From: Candidatus Eiseniibacteriota bacterium
GTDB taxonomy: Bacteria; Eisenbacteria; RBG-16-71-46
Assembly (NCBI GenBank): GCA_031366795.1
Contig: JANLOX010000154.1
Span: 1-13,292, forward strand
Length of the DNA stretch: 13,292 bases
Reading direction: 5' to 3'
A program made the translations under genes and the position numbers. Positions within the stretch are counted from its first letter, which is position 1; each line of letters opens with the position of its first letter. The notes below the pieces were generated by a model. That model saw nothing but the letters and a program-made list of their open reading frames with translations. It searched no databases and had not been told where the DNA came from. Positions 8,592 through 13,292 of this stretch are shown here, in pieces.

Positions 8592-9326
8592 ATGGACATA
8601 AGGAACAAAGCCTCATTCGCCACACGGCCATGCGCAGTGTTGATGGATATTGACAACACAGTGTATGCGTACGACACAGCGCATGCCGCCGCGTCGGAAG
8701 CGGCTATGCGCAAAACCATCAAAATGTTGGGCATTAAACAGGCAGAGTATGAACCTGCATTTGCTGAGGCGCGTCGCGAAGTGAAAACGATTTTAAACCA
8801 GACAGCCTCGGCCCATAGCAGGCTGCTTTATTTTGCGCGAATGCTGGAACGATTGGGGATGAAGAGTCAACCGTTGATGGCTCTGGATTTGGAGCAGACT
8901 TACTGGCGCAATTTCCTTAGCGCCAGCACGTTGTTTCCGCAGGTGAAGGATTTTCTGGAAGATCTACGAGCAGCGGGGATTCCGGTGGCAGCAGTAACTG
9001 ACTTGACGGCGCAGATCCAATTTCGTAAGTTGATTTACTTTGGGCTGGATCATTACTTCGATCATATTGTGACCAGTGAAGAAGCGGGAGTGGAAAAACC
9101 AGCGGCAAAGCCCTTTCAAATGGCGTTGGAACGGCTTTCGCTAATACCAGGACAATTGGTGTGGTTTGTGGGTGATGACGCGAAAAAAGACATCGCCGGG
9201 GCGAAGGCGGCGCTGGGGGCCATCACGCTGCAAAAGCGGCATGATGGGGTAGTGGTTTCTGGCGAAGCCGATGCGGTGTTCGATCACTTTCGCGAATTGC
9301 GGGAAGTGTTACGCGGTGCTGTTTGA
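8592..9326 (+). CDS. HAD-superfamily hydrolase (subfamily IA-like phosphatase)
   Basis: Motif I MDIDNT, motif II VTD, motif III EKP, motif IV GDDAKKD. Starts 3 nt after the upstream stop. Confidence 0.92.
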   Translation: MDIRNKASFATRPCAVLMDIDNTVYAYDTAHAAASEAAMRKTIKMLGIKQAEYEPAFAEARREVKTILNQTASAHSRLLYFARMLERLGMKSQPLMALDLEQTYWRNFLSASTLFPQVKDFLEDLRAAGIPVAAVTDLTAQIQFRKLIYFGLDHYFDHIVTSEEAGVEKPAAKPFQMALERLSLIPGQLVWFVGDDAKKDIAGAKAALGAITLQKRHDGVVVSGEADAVFDHFRELREVLRGAV

Positions 9327-9371
9327 CGGTGAGTTAGTAGAATCTCCAACCATTGTAGGGGTTGTAGTAAA

Positions 9372-9403
9372 AAACACCACTCCCTGGCGGTCACGGCTCG
9401 GTA
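9372..9403 (-). repeat. REP-like palindromic element, copy A
   Basis: aaacaccactccctggcggtcacggctcggta is 30/32 identical to 11432-11463 and inverted relative to copy B. Confidence 0.8.
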
Positions 9404-9415
9404 ACATATTAATTC

Positions 9416-9440
9416 TACAGAGCCGTGACCGCAAGGGAGC
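9416..9440 (+). repeat. REP-like element copy B, 5' part (5' exon of the intron)
   Basis: tacagagccgtgaccgcaagggagc continues as ggtgtttg at 11373. The joined sequence is the near-perfect reverse complement of copy C. Confidence 0.82.
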
Positions 9441-9928
9441 GCAAGCGCCGGGATAAACCGGCGTGCAGTAGGGGATGAAAGAGCCCTACAAGAAAGGAAT
9501 AGCGAACCATCTTGACCTCGAGTCTTGCGCCGGGTGCCGTGAGGTGCCAGGTGAAGTGTAGACAGAGGCATCGGCGGGCGGGGAATCGAGCTTCGAAAAG
9601 CATAATCCGGGTGCCGACCGTGTGCTCCTAACGGGAAGGCCACACCCCAGTGGACGACAACGCAAGGCCTGCGTCCACGAAGGACCCGGCGTAGTCCTAG
9701 AGCCATTAGCACGCCGAGAAACTGTACGCGCGAGAACCGGGAGACCTCGTTGGAATCCGAAGGTCAACCAAACCAGGAACGGTCGGGGAAGCCAAAAGCG
9801 CAATCCGGGCCGGAACACCAACGAGGAGTCGAACATGGGCGTAGTACCGACGAAGTCGCCGAACAAAATCCGTGGAGACATGGGTGGCGGAGGTGGTGGA
9901 GGGAAGGCCTGTGACCAAGGAGAACATC

Positions 9929-11299
9929 ATGGAACCTAACACGCAGCCAACACAGAGTGGGGAACGGGTGTCCCAGGGGTTACATGGTGTGCGTCAACGA
10001 GCGAAGGAAAACAAGCAAGAGCGGTTCACGGCCTTGCTCCATCATGTAACGCCGCAGTTACTCGAGGAAAGCTATTACGCCATCAAGCGGAAGGCAGCCC
10101 CCGGAGTGGACGGTGTGACGTGGCCGGAGTATGGGACCGGGTTGGCAGAGCGACTCAGCGATCTGCATAATCGGGTCCACCGCGGAGCGTACCGGGCGCA
10201 ACCCTCGCGGAGAATTTATATACCGAAGGCCAACGGGAAACTAAGACCGTTGGGAATCGCGGCGCTGGAGGACAAGATAGTTCAACACGCCGTGGTAATG
10301 GTCCTCAATGCAGTGTATGAGGAAGACTTTCGGGGATTCTCTTACGGGTTCAGGCCTGGGCGGAGCCAACATATGGCGCTGGACGCGCTGTATGTGGCAC
10401 TCAAGCGGAAGAAAGTGAACTGGGTGCTCGATCTCGACATCAAGGGCTTTTTCGACAACCTCGATAAAGAACTCCTGGTAGAGATGGTCGAACAACGGAT
10501 TGCCGATCCGAGGATTCTGCGGCTGATCCAGAAATGGCTCAACGCGGGGATCGTCGTGGACGGGAACTGGTCGGAAACGGAAACAGGGACTCCGCAAGGG
10601 GCAGTGGTCAGTCCGCTGCTGTCGAACGTGTACCTGCATTACGTGCTCGACCAGTGGACAGACCAATGGAGGCAAGCAGGACGTGGCGACATTACCATCG
10701 TGCGCTACGCCGACGACGCCATCATTGGGTTCGAGCACGAAGACGAAGCGAAGCAATACCTGCAAGACTTGCGGGAACGGCTGAGCGATTTCGGGCTGGA
10801 ACTGAACGAAGACAAGACCCGGTTGATCCGGTTCGGACGCTTTGCCCGGCTAAACCGGGAAGAGCGTGGCGAGGGAAAACCAGAGTCGTTTACCTTCCTG
10901 GGGTTTGAGCACCTATGTGCGAAAAACAGCCTGGGACATTTCGAAGTCCGGCGAATCACGGAAGGCGACCGACGGCGGAAGAAACTGCTGGATATCAAGC
11001 AGCAGCTACGTCGGAGGATGCACGACCCGATCGCCAAGACGGGGAAATGGCTGAGGAGCGTACTCAACGGATACTACCAATACCACGCGATTCCGGGGAA
11101 TATTCCGGTGCTGAAGAAGGTCCGGACACAGGTCGCCCGCAACTGGTTCAATGCGCTGGCACAGCGCAGCCAGCGGCGGCCCACCTGGGCGAAACTGGCG
11201 GCGGTTTTCGAACACTGGCTTCCCATCCCTCAGATAAAGCATGATTTTCCCAATAAGCGATTTGACGCCATTCACCCAAGGGTGGCACATCCAAGGTAA
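9929..11299 (+). CDS. ltrA: Group II intron-encoded reverse transcriptase/maturase, no endonuclease domain (~456 aa)
   Basis: Motifs RFTALLHHV, KAAPGVDG, RRIYIPK-x-x-GKLRPLGI-x-x-x-EDKIVQ, SYGFRPGRS, LDIKGFFD, GTPQG-x-x-x-SPLLSNVYL, RYADD (YADD 10706-10717), FTFLGF and domain X (LNGYYQY). No HNH motif. ATG 9929 follows AAGGAG; GTG 9968 is an alternative start. Confidence 0.93.
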   Translation: MEPNTQPTQSGERVSQGLHGVRQRAKENKQERFTALLHHVTPQLLEESYYAIKRKAAPGVDGVTWPEYGTGLAERLSDLHNRVHRGAYRAQPSRRIYIPKANGKLRPLGIAALEDKIVQHAVVMVLNAVYEEDFRGFSYGFRPGRSQHMALDALYVALKRKKVNWVLDLDIKGFFDNLDKELLVEMVEQRIADPRILRLIQKWLNAGIVVDGNWSETETGTPQGAVVSPLLSNVYLHYVLDQWTDQWRQAGRGDITIVRYADDAIIGFEHEDEAKQYLQDLRERLSDFGLELNEDKTRLIRFGRFARLNREERGEGKPESFTFLGFEHLCAKNSLGHFEVRRITEGDRRRKKLLDIKQQLRRRMHDPIAKTGKWLRSVLNGYYQYHAIPGNIPVLKKVRTQVARNWFNALAQRSQRRPTWAKLAAVFEHWLPIPQIKHDFPNKRFDAIHPRVAHPR

Positions 11300-11372
11300 G
11301 AACCGTGTGCGGTAGTGCCGCAAGCACGGGTCTGTGCGGGGGGTGGCCGGTAACGGCCATCCCTACCGCGAC
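11300..11372 (+). ncRNA. Group II intron domains V and VI
   Basis: DV is gaaccgtgt-gcgg-tagtg-ccgc-aa-gcacgggtc. DVI is gcggggggtggccg-gtaa-cggccatccctAccgc, followed by gac. Confidence 0.9.
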
Positions 11373-11380
11373 GGTGTTTG
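11373..11380 (+). repeat. REP-like element copy B, 3' part (3' exon of the intron)
   Basis: ggtgtttg is complementary to caaacacc at 11431-11438 and completes copy B. Confidence 0.75.
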
Positions 11381-11431
11381 CTTTCGCACCTCGACGAATC
11401 GGGATCGGCGGGTCAGCATCATCGTTGCGCC

Positions 11432-11463
11432 AAACACCGCTCCCTCGCGGTCACGGCTCGGTA
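11432..11463 (-). repeat. REP-like palindromic element, copy C
   Basis: aaacaccgctccctcgcggtcacggctcggta is a direct repeat of copy A (2 mismatches) and inverted relative to reconstituted copy B. It overlaps the stop codon of the AI-2E gene. Confidence 0.82.
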
Positions 11464-13289
11464 TCGGATCCACCTTCGCCGCCACTTCCGAGGAACTCTT
11501 GCGGAAGCAGGTAATTCAGTGCCGATGCAAAGCTGGTCACAAAGTGGTGCGGCTTGGCTGGTTGAAAACGTTCAATAGCTCGAATAGTTTCGCCAGTGTA
11601 TCCCCATACACAGACAATAATTTTGGTCTTGGGGTACCATCGCCGCAAATTGATGCAAAGATCGCGCGCCCTGGTGAAGGCGAATGGCGGCAAAGCGGAT
11701 ACGCAGAAAACGTCTTCATCGGTAGGCGAGATGGTACGAATAGTTTGCGGCAATCGGCCGTCTTTTGGAACAGAAATAGTAACTCGCCCTGCAGCTTCCA
11801 ACAGTTGGGCCAACATGGCAGCGGTGATCTCGTCAGACTCATCGTTAGCGGGCAGGCACAAAAAGCGTCCAGCTTCAGGAATCTCGACAGGCGTATCGTC
11901 GTCTGGTGGCAATGATCGTACAGACAATTCGCCGATCATCTCGCGCATACTCATAAATATAAATTCTTCCCGCCCTGGATCAAGCGCACCTTTGTGGCGA
12001 TCTTTTTCCACCATGCTCATGGTTGGAATCAACACCGCATCGTAAAGTTGCAGCATGGTGTTCTGAGTAAGATATTGATCCACAACTGCTCGTGCACCCT
12101 GATCGTCCATGGCCAGTAAACGCTGGTAAAGCTGAGCTTCGATTTCCAGCACAGGTTCATCGCCCAGCAACACATGAAGAAAGGAAAATTGCGGGACATG
12201 GCGACCCAGCACCACTAAACACACGGTCAATGGTGTGGAAAGAATAAGGCCGGAAGGCCCCCATAACGTGGTCCAAAACACTGTGGTCAGCAGCAGCGCC
12301 AGTGATGAAATTCCGGTGTGCATTCCATATAGCCACGGTTCAATAAAATTGCCTGTCACAAGTTCCAGAAACATGAACATCAGAAAAACCAATAGCGGTG
12401 GCATCCAACTATCGAACACAGCCAGGGATAGCATCAAAGGAAGCACGCCAGCTATCAGCGACCCCACGTAGGGTACGATGCGCAACAGCGCTGCCACAGT
12501 TCCCCACAACGCAGCGTAGGGCACGCCGATAAAGTACAGCCCAACCCCAATCAACATGCCGAAGCCTGCATTCACCAGGAATTGCAGTAGCAAGTATCGG
12601 CTGACGCGTATGGTGGCGTCATCTAAGGCCTGCGTCATTAAATTCAAGCGACTTAAACCAGCCAGCCGGAACAATCGGTTGCGAAGGTCGTTTTGTTCAA
12701 TCAATAGAAAGACTGTAAAGATGAGCACAATTCCCACGGCTCCGAGTGGAGTGAGAAACGACTTAGTCAGGTCACGAAGATATTGAAGCTCATTGGCCGG
12801 TTCGTTGACAATCTGCACGGGCACAGGACGATCCGCCGGATGCGGGACATTGCCTCGTATCGTACGTTCCTTCTGGGGCAGGGCTGCTGGTGGCTTTGAC
12901 GGGGTAGATAGTTCGTTAGCCAGATCCTTAACATTTTCAGTAGCCCGTCCCAACGCCCCTTTGGCCGGCGATTGGATGGCTTCAATTTTGTTATGAATAT
13001 TTTCTTTATAAACTGGAAGTTCATCCAACACCTGGATCAGTTGGTTGAAAATAACGTACCCAACTGCTCCAGTAGTGACGATGGTGAGAATCACCACAAC
13101 CAAGGCCGCAGGAGCACGTTTGAAGCGCAGTTTCATGAGCCAGGCCACAGCGGGGGCCAGAATATATGTCAGTGTGACTGCAAACGCCAGGGGAATAAGA
13201 ATTTCACGAGCCAGATAGAGGGTAGCGATCACCGCCATGAACATGGGGACCGATAAACTATTCGAAGATCCACGACGAGGCGGGGTCAT
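11451..13289 (-). CDS. AI-2E family transporter (PerM/UPF0118) with a C-terminal cytoplasmic alpha/beta extension
   Basis: Motifs LYLAREILIPLAFA, LRIVPYVG, LELVTGNFIEPWLYG-x-x-TGIS and LWGPSGLILSTPLTVCLVVLGRHVP. The C-terminal region includes YQRLLAMD and DEITAAMLAQLL. The start is 3 nt from the window edge, so it cannot be fully confirmed. Confidence 0.92.
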   Translation of the reverse strand: MTPPRRGSSNSLSVPMFMAVIATLYLAREILIPLAFAVTLTYILAPAVAWLMKLRFKRAPAALVVVILTIVTTGAVGYVIFNQLIQVLDELPVYKENIHNKIEAIQSPAKGALGRATENVKDLANELSTPSKPPAALPQKERTIRGNVPHPADRPVPVQIVNEPANELQYLRDLTKSFLTPLGAVGIVLIFTVFLLIEQNDLRNRLFRLAGLSRLNLMTQALDDATIRVSRYLLLQFLVNAGFGMLIGVGLYFIGVPYAALWGTVAALLRIVPYVGSLIAGVLPLMLSLAVFDSWMPPLLVFLMFMFLELVTGNFIEPWLYGMHTGISSLALLLTTVFWTTLWGPSGLILSTPLTVCLVVLGRHVPQFSFLHVLLGDEPVLEIEAQLYQRLLAMDDQGARAVVDQYLTQNTMLQLYDAVLIPTMSMVEKDRHKGALDPGREEFIFMSMREMIGELSVRSLPPDDDTPVEIPEAGRFLCLPANDESDEITAAMLAQLLEAAGRVTISVPKDGRLPQTIRTISPTDEDVFCVSALPPFAFTRARDLCINLRRWYPKTKIIVCVWGYTGETIRAIERFQPAKPHHFVTSFASALNYLLPQEFLGSGGEGGSDTEP

Positions 13290-13292
13290 TAT

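Larger units (their letters stand above)
9441..11372 (+). mobile_element. Group II intron (IIB-like RNA, probably bacterial class E), apparently full length, 1932 nt
   Basis: Contains an RT/maturase ORF, DV at 11300-11332, and DVI at 11336-11369 with a bulged A at 11365 (-8) and terminal AC. The EBS1 loop (GCTCCT 9624-9629) lies in the ccgt/acgg stem next to a GAA kappa-like motif. Boundaries are independently fixed by reconstruction of the interrupted REP. The class assignment rests on recalled motifs and is less certain. Confidence 0.9.

Noticed and set aside
9347..9367. Small imperfect hairpin after the HAD stop (ctccaacc/ggttgtag) as a terminator
   Set aside because: Weak stem with a mismatch and no plus-strand U-tract.
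9372..9440. CRISPR array
   Set aside because: Only three ~32-nt copies, in alternating orientation with irregular spacing, and no cas genes.
9872..9928. ORF-track start of the RT at 9872
   Set aside because: This stretch probably belongs to structured intron RNA (DII/DIII region). ATG 9929 has an AAGGAG RBS.
9929..11299. RT as a retron, DGR, CRISPR-RT or Abi defence RT
   Set aside because: It has RT0, domain X, and adjacent DV/DVI and EBS1. There is no TR/VR pair, msr-msd or cas gene.
9372..11463. Direct repeats A and C read as a target-site duplication or LTR-like ends of a transposon
   Set aside because: The intron boundaries lie inside copy B, not at A or C. Group II introns make no TSD and no transposase is present.
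11334..11915. 193-aa plus-strand ORF downstream of the RT as an accessory gene
   Set aside because: It starts within intron DVI, crosses the REPs and runs antisense to the AI-2E gene, with no motifs.
11451..13289. Quorum-sensing (AI-2 export) role
   Set aside because: The family name alone does not establish the substrate, and there are no luxS or lsr genes in the window.

Overview
Bacterial window, probably Acidobacteriota/Bryobacterales-like; this is inferred from the C-terminal repeat type of the large secreted protein and is not proven. From left to right: (1) a minus-strand GT-C (ArnT/PMT-like) membrane glycosyltransferase that runs off the left edge and is missing from the ORF track; (2) a divergent 1110-aa secreted seven-bladed SBBP beta-propeller protein with three Cys-paired C-terminal repeats; (3) a tightly coupled four-gene operon: DPM1-like GT2, small GDPD/PI-PLC-like protein, GT-C membrane domain fused to a phosphoribulokinase/uridine-kinase domain, and a HAD phosphatase; (4) an apparently complete, endonuclease-less group II intron (9441-11372, probably bacterial class E); (5) a convergent AI-2E family transporter. 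The intron sits precisely inside the middle copy of three REP-like palindromes, and its EBS1 is complementary to the REP sequence. The third REP copy supplies the transporter's stop codon. The two most interesting signals are the REP-targeting intron and the kinase-fused lipid-linked glycosylation operon.
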